Shown: piece by piece, positions 24,609 to 37,080 of the stretch
Layout: every line of letters begins with the position of its first letter
Position numbering within the stretch: the stretch's first letter is position 1
Assembly: GCA_029953675.1 (NCBI GenBank)
Contig: JAMWBK010000007.1
Coordinates: 310,001 to 374,000 of the forward strand
Length of the DNA: 64,000 nucleotides
From: Rhodosorus marinus CCMP1338
Lineage: Eukaryota; Plantae; Rhodophyta
Reading direction: 5' to 3'
Notes under the pieces: generated by a model
Told to the model about the DNA's origin: nothing
The model's input: the letters and a program-made list of their open reading frames with translations, nothing else
The model's database searches: none
Made by a program: the position numbers and the translations under genes

Positions 24609-27600
24609 ATGGGAAAGGTTCGAACGAAAAAGCCTGTGGCTCCGGTATGTGAACTCGCTCAAGACGTTTTGCGCACCTCGAACAGGGGTCTGCGGGTGCC
24701 CGGCGAGGGAGGGGCGCAGCATTCGCTAACTTTGAATACGTCTTTTCAACCTTTCTCAGCCGCCTTTCATGCTGGATACCATAAACAGCATTGTTCAGTG
24801 CACAGACGATGAGCAACTACTGTCGATTCTGAAACGATTTGAAGCTCCTTTTCGGTTCGAGAGGGTAAGCTGGTTCTGGATGTGCTTCATCTACTTCGGG
24901 ATTTATTTGTATTTTGACACCAGTGCCTTTGCATGTGCCCTAGGCTGGAGAGAGGAGTTTGTATAATTGGATAGATGTACTTAATCGTATTGATGAAGCG
25001 CTAGAGAAATGTATAGGCAATGAGCCGATGGTGCTCTTGCTCTCCAGCTCAGAAGTAGTCCCGGATGACGAGATCGATGATATTACTCCACGGAAGGAAA
25101 ATTCGGAGTTAATCTATCACTGTCTTCGAGTTACGCTTTTGCTTGTATCAAACGCCTCTGATGACACCAAGAATGTGTATAACTCTGTGGAGGTACGTAT
25201 ACAGCAAAATCTCTGCAAGCTGCTTTTACCGTCGTTGATCCACCATGCGTCAAAATTCGCTTCTCTGATCCGAGTTCTTCTTTTTGGGATAGTACCTGGG
25301 AGATCTGCTGGCAATGGAGGACGAGAAGATCATTCTTCTGGCTCTTGAGATAATCCGATCCTTGTTGCATGGGAATTCAAGGCTGCGACCAACACGGGCT
25401 CATGAGAGCCCGAAGCTTGGGAATATGTTGCTTACCCTTTCACGAGGTTGTTGGGAGAGAGAGGGTGGGCCTGGGCTTGTTGAATGTCTCAGCTCACCAA
25501 CAGTAGCCTTGCCAAGTGAAGGTGGATCAATTCGTTTGTACTTTATGAAAAAGGAGGGCTCTGGTGCCCAGGCGGAGGTTAATGGTAAGCGAAGCTCTAG
25601 CCCTCCTCAGGACGGAATAGTGGCACTTGTAAGTACCTGACGCACGTTGGATCGTTTGAATTTGCCTAGATGCAAGCGTGGAATACGAGACGATGAACCC
25701 CAATGGAAAGAAATCCGTCGTGAGTGTCGATGATGTTAGGACGTTGGCCGGCGATGAGAAATGGTTTATTAAGACCTATTCGAAAGAATTTGACCTTCCG
25801 CGAAGACTTCGGTTCACCATGTCGACACGTTACCGCCGAGCACGGGCGTTTGTTGGGGGATTGGAGGCCAGAACCAGGCACACTAACGTTCGGCTGCTCG
25901 CGCTTGCGACACTAGCGCAAATGCAGTTGTCCCCTGAACCCCTCACGTTCGTATTCTACAGTGAACCAGAGCTTGTGTCGGAATTGGTTGCTCTCTCTCG
26001 TGCGGACGCTGCGGATGGTCTTGCCGACCTACCACTATTTATCCGGATCTCAGCTCTCAAGTGCCTTACCTCAATATCAAACCATGGACAGAGGTTGAAG
26101 CAAGTTATCTCGATCACTGACGTCTCTTCACATAATGGTATCCTGCCGTCGATGCTGAGGTCGGAGATAGCGTTACTATTCAACCGAAATGCTAGTCAAC
26201 AGCCGTCGAAAGCAGAGTTTCCGATGGATTGGGTTGCTTTGAGAGGAATTGAGGGCGAATTTGCACAGGCGGACATTGTCGAAGCTCTCCTAGGGCTGGT
26301 GTTCGCAATTGCCACAGCTTTTCCCATGTCGCAAGGGCCAACCTTTCTTGTCGCTTCAGGCGCTGTAGGTACCATGGTACCTTTGTTGAACGACAGAACA
26401 CCCACGAATTCCAGAGTAGTACTGCACGCGATTTGGGCGTTAAAATGCATCATTGAGAACACTCAAATTTCAACTGGGGCTGCAGCCTTTAGAGACCACT
26501 CAGGCCTTACTTTAATTGCGAGAAGAATAGTGACAGAGGTTTGCGAGTTTGGTCCCAAGGACTTGGAGGATGCGGATGAAGGGGTTGAAGTAGGAGTGCT
26601 TGAAATGAGGGGTGAATCAAGGGAGTTGTATGACAGCCTTGCGCAGAAGGTTCAGCCTCCACCATCTCACGCTCTGAAGACCATGGCCCCAAGCTCTTCA
26701 GCAGCGTCGCGAGGGGCTTTGCCACATTTCAAGTGGGCGCTCTTGAGGGCGCTTCTGCGGCTACTCTCACTTGCGCATCGGAACTCGGGGGGTAGCATTC
26801 GCGAGCTCACTGGGGAGAACTTCTTGAAGGCGCTAAGGATAATTTTGGCAAGACCGTTTTACTTTGGCGGAAGCCTGTTCGCGGCGTCAGCCACTGCCAC
26901 AGCTGACATGGCTCATGCCGAGCCCACTGCAGCGTCGACAATTGCTGAGTCTGGACTTCCACAAGCCATTCTGAAGTCAATAGCCAAGGGACTTCCTCCT
27001 TCTGGTGAAGCTATAAGATGCATTCCAGGTGTTTTGGCTGCAATATGCCTCTCCCCGGCAGCCCTGAAGGATGTAGAAGCTGCAGCGGTCATAATGCCCT
27101 ACATGATGAGACTTTTCACTCCGTTTTATGGCAGAGCTATGCACGGTGAAACCCCTCTCGGAATAGGCACAGCATTGGAGGAGCTCAAGAGACATGTGCC
27201 TTCGCTGCAGATCGAGATTACGAACGCTTTCTTGATGTTCTTGCAGTCGGTAGCGAAGTTCATACGAACTGAAGAGCCTGATTCAGAGTCCACAGATGCG
27301 GACGTCTGCGATGTCGAGAATCCACCGGCCACGGATTCGAAAGCAATGATCGACAAGATGAAGCTCACTGTGGCGTACAATGCGTCGCGACTGGGAGGTT
27401 TTGTGAGCGACATATCAGATAAGGACTATGCGGCTACCCGATCGACCTTGATAAGTTTGTTGGATATCTGCTATGCTCCTGCATTTGCGGGGATTGATTC
27501 GGGAGTTGTCAGCGTGTCTTCATCGTCGCCATCAGCTCCCACGGCAAGCAACACACTGAACTCGATCATCAATGCGATTCGTCGCTTGGACATCAACTTC

Positions 27601-30600
27601 TCTGGTCATTTGTGCAGCTTGCTTTCTGAGCATTTTGTACGTGACACTGAAGCTTTTCTTTACGTGGGGACGAGGTTAGGCGAGAATTGGCTTGACGAGG
27701 AGACCGGCAGAGGATTTCCGTTAAGGGAGCACTCAAACGTAGCCAACGAAGAATCGAGAGAGGATCCAGACTCAGGGACAGAGCCGGTCGAAATCGACTC
27801 GCTACCAAAGGAAGCGGAACCATGTGAAGGGAGTAGTCACAGCCTCGATCAAGCTCCGGCCGACAGTTCCAGTAGAAGCAATGTGGCTGCGAACGTTGTT
27901 GATTGGGCACGCCTAACTGGCCCGAACAGGAGCAGGAGATACCACCAGAGGCGACTGAACGAGTTAGCAAGGAAGCTGCGAGTGAACATTGTCATCTTGA
28001 GTGGGCTTCCCAGAATGCATGATTTTGCCATTGGGTATTGGGGGATAACCGTGGCGCAACAACTGGGAGCAATTATAGCTACCATGGAGAGGGCGTGCAG
28101 GTGGCACCTTGCAAGGGCATTCACTGGTGTGACAGTTGAGATGACGAAGGAGCCTGACTACTTCTTCTCGGCGAAAGTGACCGCAATGAGTAGAAGTCCA
28201 CCGGAGGCCCCTGAGGATGGAACTAAGCATGCGAAGGACGCGGTAGCTAGCGGCGCTGAGACTAGCTCGGGAATGCATGGGAAGAGCAATGCTGAGAAAC
28301 CAGAGCTTGCTTCTAATCGTGAGGAGTTGAATGGACTCGCGTGGTCACTGGCGACGCTCATCGCGTCAACGGAGCGCCTGTATAGGACTTTATCGCGTGA
28401 TTTGACGGCGAAAACGAAGAAGACGTCATCGCGGGAGACGGTGTCTGACAAGGATGTTGACAGCATAAAGAACCTCGCCTCCATGCTTGGCAGGATATTG
28501 ACTACGAACTTGGTTTCTTCTGTTACCATGTGGACCAATGATGATGAGAAGGAGGTGCAGAACTGTTTGGAAGCACCTGAGGCCTGGAATTACTTGCGGG
28601 GGGTACTAAGGGAGATTCGAACTGTACTGTTTGCAAACCCCTGGGGTGATGCGCCGTCGCAAACTCAGCCACTAGTCCTGGAGGCTTTTCTGATGTGGGG
28701 AGGAGGATGCTTCCTTCAGAAGATTCTGTCCCCCCAGGCTCTGCTAGCTGCGACCAAGCCAATACGACCGCTGGCGGAGAACGGGTTCACTAGTGCGGCA
28801 TGGTCGAGCAACGAAGTAGGAGATCTCAAGCAGAGGTCAGATACGGATGCATCAACAAGAGTGCAGGAGCAGGGGGGTGTTTCCAAGTCGAGTCTGATAG
28901 AAGAACACCAGAACGCTCTGATGGTAACTACCGTGATCGACGTCTTGGAATCATTTGGACAGCTTATCTACCGACTGTGTGACTGCGACGGATTGTCGAA
29001 CAGCAATGCAGACTTGTCAAGAATCTGCAAATGGAAAGCTCAAGAGCTTCATCGCACGTCTCAGGTAGTAGCAATACAAGCTCTTGGGAGCATCCTCCAA
29101 GACAACAACGCAATTCTTTGCTCGGACAAGTTACGCGACCAGGTGATTTCGTTCCTCATTGTTTTGATTCACAAAATTGTCGACACACGAGAAGCACTGG
29201 AAAAGGAAGATCGCGGTGCGGCAAATGATATCGATCACGGGGCAGATGGAATGCGTAGACCAAGTGGGGACTGGGGTTTAGACACTGCGTTGCCTGAAAA
29301 CTCGATGCTAACGAGGCTGGTAGGAATGGGTTTCCGGCGTGAGAGAGCTACTTCTGCGCTTCTGAGAGCGGGTCAAAACGGCATCGTGGGCGCGACGGAG
29401 TGGTTGCTTTCGCAGGAGGATGCTGCAAATGAGGATGCGGACGATGCAGAAGACTCGGATGCTCACAATCTTCCGGGAGAGCCATTGAACGGAGGTAGTG
29501 ATATGGAAATCCAAACCGATCAGTCTGTGCTTTCTTCGACGATCGTGAAAGCTTGCTGTTTGTACGAAATTCAGCAGCTGGAGAAGGCGGTAATGATTCA
29601 CGAGAATCAGCATACAACACCTGCTGACGTGAAGGCGATAAAGGAAATGGTCAGGTCGTTTCTTCCTGCTGATTATGTTGACGACAAGAAGGGCAGCTTC
29701 GTCGACAAAAGGAAGTCCCTAGAGCAGCGGAAAACTAGCCCGATCACGAGGCACACCTACCAGGAGACCGTCCAGTCCTTCTTCATATCGCTCAGAGCTC
29801 TTGCGATTTCCGCGGTTAGGCTCTTGTGTAGCAAAGGCGCTTCAAAGGATTCTGCGTATCTTGTCGTCGATCTGAGCACAGCGCTGGAGAAGGGATCCGA
29901 GCTTGACGAGGACTCACAGGAAGTGTTTGCGTCGATTATCATGTCAAGTTTTTCAGGTGTCCTTCAAGACGTTTCCGCTATGAAGCCCTCTGGCGTGATT
30001 GGGAAAGAGCAGAGCACGAAGATCTTTAATATGGCTCAGATAGCTACTGTATGGACCCACCTGGGAGGAGCAAATGCGAGGGAACGGATACGGAAGAAGG
30101 ATGGCCTTGTGTTAATAGTGGACTTCTTGGAGAAGAGCTTCACCCGGTTTTGGGAGGCAAACGGAGCACACTTGGGAGTGTCTCTAACTGATGAGGAGGC
30201 GGCAGAGCCCATTGAAGGCTTAACGTTGACAGAGGAGGGTGGCAGCATGAAGCAAAGAGAGTCAAACGAGTCGGTTACAGTGAAAGAAGCTACAGCTAAG
30301 GTGTGCGCAATGGCTTTGTTGATTCTGGACGGCTTCATTCGCTACTCGAGGACGGATACCTTATCCGAGTTCAGCTCTTCAATCGCGGAGAGCTTGCGTC
30401 CGGACTCCACCTCACGTCCCGGTGAGAGCAAAGCAGCTTCCGAAGCTGATGAGAAGATGGCGGACAGTAGTGCAAGTCGTCCTGAATCCGACAAAACCCT
30501 GGAGGACATTGACGCCGAAGCCAAGGCGAACCTTGAATTGAGGATATCTCAGCTAATCCTGAAGTTGGAACCGGTCACTGTTGGAAAGGGTGTCAAAGGC

Positions 30601-31740
30601 ATCGACTCAGCGGAGATAATGGATATGCTTTTGAAGATGCTGGCCTCACCACTAGCCGAGAATCCGGATTGCTTCATTGCGCTGATACAGATGGCCTGTG
30701 GGTTGACCGAGGACTTCGAGACGGGTAGAATGTTCCTTCAGCGCGGAGGCGTAGAGCTGATTTGGTCGGTCCGGAACGTGAAGAGCTTGTCATGGAAAAA
30801 CGTCAACGGCCTGTTTAGGACGTTGCTAAGGCATTTAGTCGAGGACGACGACACCTTACTGGAAGCGATGGAACAGGAAATTAGATCCCTGCTCAGCGCA
30901 AACCGCTTCTCTAGCCGTTTGAATCTGTTGGGACTGGTGCGGCTCGCGCTTCCGGTTCTACACCGGGATCCAGAATTGTTTGTGAAGGCGGTGGCTAAGA
31001 CCTGTCGACTCAACCCGAGTTTGGAAGCCATAACCGTGCCCGAAGCATTGCCGAAAGTACATGGGGACATTGGTTGGAACGTGCACGAAGTAGTGAGAAT
31101 TCTCGTGGATGGAATGGTTTTGGAACGATACTCGCCTAATCTATCCGAACAGGATTACATGGCCGCTTTGAAGATTACTTCCATAGCATTGTTGAGAGTC
31201 ACGGAGCTCGTGGAGTGGTCGAGCACCTGTGCGAGTGCCTTCCTAATGGCGAAAGTTCGTGCTGACAGTGAAACAGACGCTTTTGACTACGTCTTGAATA
31301 ATCTTCTACCGCTACCCCCTCGCCATCCGCCACCAAAGGAACGCGCGACGTTTGGAATGTTGGAGGACATTTCCGAGGCTTCACGCCAGCTTTTCACAGC
31401 GCTTTGCGGCGTAGGCAGCCACGTGCGAGCGAGAGCAGTTGAAGCGATGGCGAGGGCTTGCGCGCGGGAGGCAGAATCGGAGAATCCTCGAGCGGGGATG
31501 CTGAAGTCAATCGCGATGTGTTTCGCGTTGCTGAAGGAGGAAGCAGTTGCTCTCCTGTTCAAACTCGGCATAGTCGCCAGCATGGCAAGATGCCTGGACA
31601 AGCTGGACTTGAGCGGTGTAGAGGCGGGAGATACGGGGAACGCAGTGCTCAAATCGTTTGTACTCTTAGGACAAGTGGCAACGAATATGCCACCTAGTCA
31701 GAACAACTCTGACGGGACAAGCGAGCCTGAAGCAATGTAG
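24609..31740 (+). CDS. HUWE1/Tom1/UPL1-like protein (DUF908 + DUF913 ARM regions + UBA), no HECT domain
   Basis: N-terminus MGKVRTKKPVAP|...TDDEQLL...LYNWIDVLNRID and YLGDLLAMED...LALEI match the HUWE1/UPL1 start. DUF908-like EPELVSELV, SHNGILPSML. DUF913-like FGGSLFAASA...HAEPT...IAESGLPQAIL, ELKRHVPSL. UBA MLTRLVGMGFRRERATSALLRAGQNGIVGATEWLL. The 2020-aa last exon ends at TAG 31738-31740. Confidence 0.9.
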
Positions 31741-32603
31741 TGGGAAGCTAGATCGTACTCCTGCGAAGATCAACGGATATCTCGCCCTGTAGGACACGTG
31801 CAAAACTAATTAAGAACGTTGGAAGAGAGTGTATATAAAGTGACTTGTTTTGAATAGCAAGCTGTTTTCGTCCGCATGAGGAGTTCCGGTACTCGGCCGA
31901 AGCGCAAGCCGTTGTCCCGCTTTGTATCGGGATGCGTTGCTTCCCCACATCGGGAACCCAGGCTTGCTAGCTGTTCGCATAGGCCGAGGTAGTCAATGAG
32001 CGAGTTGGATAATTAGCTTTTGCCTGTGCCTCCCACTACAGTGGGTTTCCCCCCCCCCCAATGGGTGTCCAAGCAGGGCAGTCGTTTAGGAAGACTATCA
32101 AACGTACATATGGTCGAAACTAAAAGGTACATAAAGATGTTTACTGATGAAGAAAGCACGCGTCCCTGTAGGACTGTGTTTCTTGACTACATATGGATGG
32201 AGGCCAACATGTTGTTCTCCCCGAAACGGTTGAGTTGTTACGCATATACAAAAAAAAACAAACTGAGAAACACACAAGGACAGGTACAAAAAAAGTGAAA
32301 AATACAAATTGCCTGGGATCAGTCTCGGCAACAAGATAGCCCACAACTAGGTGAGCCTTTCGGAAAAAGGGATGCCAAACGCTCCGCCGCTATGTGAAAC
32401 TGGACGACGTGGGGCTGCTGTGTGCCTGCCGTCATCGAGCATTAATAAATGTACAACAAACGAGTCTTGTCGCAGCTGGTATTGCCGCAGGGCACAAAGC
32501 TCAAGAGTTCCGTCTTTCTCCACCCAGGTACCCCAGCATTTGACTTCCAATAGGCGGGCGTACGGGGTCTTGATGTTCGTCCAATCCCGTCCCATGACTC
32601 CGC

Positions 32604-33375
32604 TCAGTGCGCTTTCAAGTCCATGGCTCGTGCTTGGAGAACCTGGGGAGCTCGTGTGGCGGTCCCTCGGCATTCCTCCTGCTCCTCGCAATTGTTGGAA
32701 ACCTCTGACTCATGGTCCACTTGGTCCAAGGTCTTCTTCGGCAGTCGCTTGTGCTTCAATCTCATTCTCGTCATGTTCCGATATTTGTCCTTCAGATCGA
32801 CCGGTGTTCGCTTCCCATGGAACGGGAAGCTCATCAGAATCTTTTTCCAGCTGCCGACACCAAACTGACTGACGCCCTCCGCTAGATATCTCTCTTCTTC
32901 TTGAGAGAATCTAGTGTAGCTCTGTCTTCGTGAACTGCGAGGTCCAGACGAGGGGGAACTTGAGGCTGAAACTAACCTCTTCGCATGCTGAATCGATCTG
33001 TGAGCTTGCAATTCTGCGCCTGTGAACAAGATTGCATCCGACACAAACTCAGCATTTCTGTTGCAAACTATTGATAGTGATCGCGCGGGGAACTTTACCG
33101 TTGCTTTGCCTGCCGGAAATCGCTGTTCGCGGCCTCCTCGAAGTCGGGTGGGGCTTGGGATCTGCAGGAACCAACGACTCCAGAGTTCCCTCGCTGGAAT
33201 TCTCGTTTCTCATATCCGCTCCACTCGAACTTCCCGCGGGATGCGTCGCAACACTACACAAAATCTCCAACGCCGACATTCCATTTTGATACCCATGCTC
33301 CATTGCCATCAAACCACCACTAACCCCTCCTCCTCTCCCACTACCATGTTCGGCCCCCCAGTCCCGCACCATCAT
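32604..33375 (-). CDS. TRF-like (telobox) single-Myb protein; 2 exons
   Basis: FSQEEERYLAEGVSQFGVGSWKKIL..FPF...RTPVDLKDKYRNM resembles the telobox LKDKWRN. First exon contains ALEILCSVA. Start is uncertain. Confidence 0.85.
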
Positions 33376-35567
33376 CGCCCTTCCAAAATCAAAACCTCTC
33401 AGCCCGATCAGCTCACCACCATACACTCTCTCTCCCATCACGCCTCTCCAATCACAGAAATCCTCACAACTCCAACATACACACACACACACACACACAC
33501 TCACAACCAGCTCTCCTCTCCAATCCATACTTCACTCAACTGCCCATCCCCTTCACTATGCCCTCTTTAAGAACCCTCAAAAACTCCCAAACTAACCCTG
33601 AAACGCATCCCCTCCCAAAATTCCTACTCGGGAACCTCTCAATTCTTAAAAATATAATAACATTTCCGCACTAATTTTCCCCCGGGCGGCTTTTTCTTTG
33701 AAAGGTTGGTTTTTTCAGCCAACCAAACGAAAAGGCGAAATAGATCTCTTCGTCCGAGTTTAACGGGGGTAATATTTATAAAGGAATAGGAGGAGGAGAA
33801 AGAACAGGGGGTGTTTTTTTAGTATTGAAACGTGTGCAATTTATGAATAACAGAACTTCTATGATCGAAATAAAGTCCATTGTAGGGTAGCGGAAGTAGG
33901 GGGTGGAAGAAGTGATTATTTGGGATGTGGAGAAGGGGTGTGGTAGTGGGGAATGATTTTTACGAATTGAATGGAAAAAAAATTGGATTGACGAAAAACG
34001 TCCATCACTCTATAGACAAAAAAAAGGAAAAAAGGAAAAAATATCACTTAGATATTTTCTGGTATCGTGGGAGGGTATTTCCATGGATAAAACGAGGGGT
34101 GATTTGTACGAAGGCTAGTGGCGACCGTTTATTATATTTTGTAAATATTAGAGACGTTATTGAATTTAATGAGGTGTATACACTAGAGGGGTTGAAGAAT
34201 GCGTTCTCCCCCATGTGCTTGGTGGCTGGTGAGCTTACCCTCGTATTGATTTACTTAATTTTTTGGGGGTGATCTAGGATATTTTGTCGAAACGAGGGTG
34301 TGAAGATTGTAAAAAACAAATTGGAAGGGGGGCAGTTATCTAACACTGATGTGTTTTTTTTTGGTTTTGTTGTTGTTTTTGTTACATACTTTTTTTACGT
34401 TGAAAAAGTTCTTCGAGAAAGAAGCCATATGAATTATTTTTTACGTTTTGCCGTTGTTTTTTGATTAGGAGACTTGCACTAGATTTTTTTTTGACGGTTG
34501 GACCTCCCCCCTAATACGATCATAATAGGAATGCACGGCAAAAGTCGATCTCAGCATATAAGGGGGGAGAAGGGTTTACTTTTTTTATCGTTTTCGTCAC
34601 TAAAATTTCTTTTATACAATAAATGTGTTTTATTCTAGAGAAATGCAGAATCTACCCCCACTCCCCGGGGCCCTCTCCTCAATAGAAACATACCACCCTG
34701 GCCACCCCTTTTCTGGAAATTCTAGTAGCACTACGACTAATGGATCTCCGCTCAAGTCAGAGAACCCTATCTTGCTTGGTTTGGATTCGTCTAGAGGTAT
34801 TAGCCAATAATCATCAGTGCCATGTACTATATCCGAATTTTATCCAATGAAATTTGGTTTCATTGGATATTATTTTTTTCTAGATGTTCATTGGTGTATC
34901 AACGAGCACTCCTTATTTCGTAGGAGAGTCATGAGTGGCGGTTGTTCCAAATGCAATTTGAAAACTATTTTCGTACAATTTTTAGATATTGATCCGGACC
35001 TTGGAAAAGAGGCTGATCTCGAAGACACACAAGACAGAGAGCCGACTTCCAAAATACAGAACCGAATAATATATAATTATATATATAATTATCAACCAAT
35101 CATGTAATATATTTAATGATATTATTTAGAATATCATTCCGGCACAATCCCAAGAAACCAATGAATTTCTCTCTGCCGTTTGGTATTGAACCATAGGATA
35201 CTCGCGACTTCGTATCTCATCCCTTTTTTGTTCCATTTTATGATTTACTTTATTATCCAATTGCTGCAATTCTTTAGAAAAAGAGATTGGTTTCAGCCAC
35301 TGGATCCTCTGCCGTTGGTACTAATCAATCCCTCCTCCTCCGCTCACTTCTAAAAAAATCCATATTGGTGGCTATTAGTACAAATGTACCGATCATTAAA
35401 AAAAAATTTGGTTTCTTCAATGTGTATCTTGTACTACTGAATTGAAACACACCCCTCCTCTCCCTTCCTCCCCCCCCCGCAACCGCCCGGCTACTCCATC
35501 CTCCCTTTTCTCCATTGGCAGTGAAAAAAAAAGGCCCGCACCTATGTATTTTTCATGGTGCAACGGA

Positions 35568-35774
35568 TTTTGGCCATCAGCTAGTAAGCTGAGGAGGCCA
35601 AAAAGGGATTCTGGCAGTTAACGGCTTTTGTTGGTTGTCTCTTATGTATGAGCTGGGTTCGTCTATATGACGTGAGGAGCTCATTTGATAATATCCTCAC
35701 TGCTTGGTGAGTTACGCAGTGGAAATGCATCGGTCACAGGGCTTTTATTCTGTGGCCGGTAAGCTGGAAAGCTT
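35568..35774 (+). ncRNA. Candidate structured RNA (six consecutive hairpins), family unknown
   Basis: Stems found by eye: TTTTGGCC/GGCCAAAA with inner TCAGCT/AGCTGA; GGCAGTTAAC/GTTGGTTGTC (G-U rich); ATGAGCT/AGCTCAT; CACTGC/GCAGTG; CGGTCACAG/CTGTGGCCG; AAGCT-GGAA-AGCTT. No family motif was recognised. Confidence 0.3.
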
Positions 35775-37080
35775 CAGGATCAGAAAAAAAAAAGAAAAAA
35801 AACAAAACAGTGAGGGGGGGGCAGCTGTAGGCTCTCCGGGGGCTGTGTACTTGACTATCACCGTGCGCCTCTGGTGATCTCTTTTGATCAGCGGCGATAC
35901 TGTTCAGCCTCTGTCTCCGGCAGTTGGATTGGCTGAAGGATCTGCAATGAAAAAGAGACCTACCTAGTTATCGTTATCAATTGGCGAAAAGCATCCACTT
36001 GTACAATGCCACCCTCTGACCGTGTGGAAGGGGGGTAGCTGCTAAGGGGAGCAGCTGCAACTCAAAAAAATGTGCGGAACGATAGTATCCGCAATACAGA
36101 AGGGGTTCGCATTCTATTATCGGGATGGTCTGGACCTGATGGAAGCCAAATTCATATATTGGAGGCCTTTTATGTGACATTGTGTTACTGATCGTGGTAC
36201 TCCATTGCACTAACTGTCAGCTGTTTCTGGACGATATTGTGGCCTTTGGCAGTAACTTTCTGCTTAGTTTGCCTGGAAAACCAGTTCAAGCCGGTTTGTG
36301 GTCTCTTCTCGTACTTTCGGTGTCCAATTCCAGAAATGGGAGTGACGCTGAAGTTCGTAAGTCTTCAAAGGCGACGAACTTGTTGCGCTGTTTCAGCTTA
36401 GCATCCCAATTGCGGTAACAATCGAGGTCTTCTTCCTAACAGCCTTGGTGATGGGGTCACGTACGGTCCAAACTTGTGGGATTTACCATCTCCGTCCGTG
36501 CTCGAACGAGTAGCCATTCTTTCCCCCCCGCCAGTCCAGACATCTCTTAATAAGAACCGTGATGATAACTGATACGCCGCGAAGCAGCAGGTGCTGGAAA
36601 TTTTGTCGACGTACTGGATGGGATGAATCACTCAGGAACTTCTTTGAGAAGGATTTTATCATAGGCCAATTAAAACTGAGGAGTTGAGCGATATGCGATC
36701 AGATAGACAGAAGGCTCTGGGAAGGGCTCGTAAATCGTGCTAGCGGCTCTCCATGTGGAATCCTTATTTTCCTTCCTTGCATAACTAGGAGACCTTTGGA
36801 GCGGAGTTGAACCGAGTTGTCCTTATATCGTGATAGAGCAACTGTTGCGCTGCGGGTAGGCGGCTGCTCGGTACGGTTCCAATCAAGGTACTGAGCACAT
36901 GCATTTAGCACCTAGGATTGGTCGGCGAAATCTTAAGCTCCTAACGGATCCAATTCCGTTCGTTTCAATAAGAAGTAACCGCTGGTTTCGCTCTCACTTG
37001 ACAGGGTCCAGACAGGTTGGCCCCACTGGAACGAACATAGTTGAGCCTCGATCACAGCGTTCGGAGAGTCGAAGCCGCTC

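Noticed and set aside
25724-31697. Many 60-125-aa ORFs overlapping the HUWE1-like exon on other frames and strands
   Set aside because: They are shadow ORFs of a long coding exon with no independent motifs.
34762-34816. Minus-strand peptide DYWLIPLDESKPSKIGF, resembling Ty3/gypsy RT GYWQIPL...KTAF
   Set aside because: The match is short, the flanking RT motifs (MPFGL, YxDD) are absent and no LTRs were seen, so there is too little to call a retroelement.
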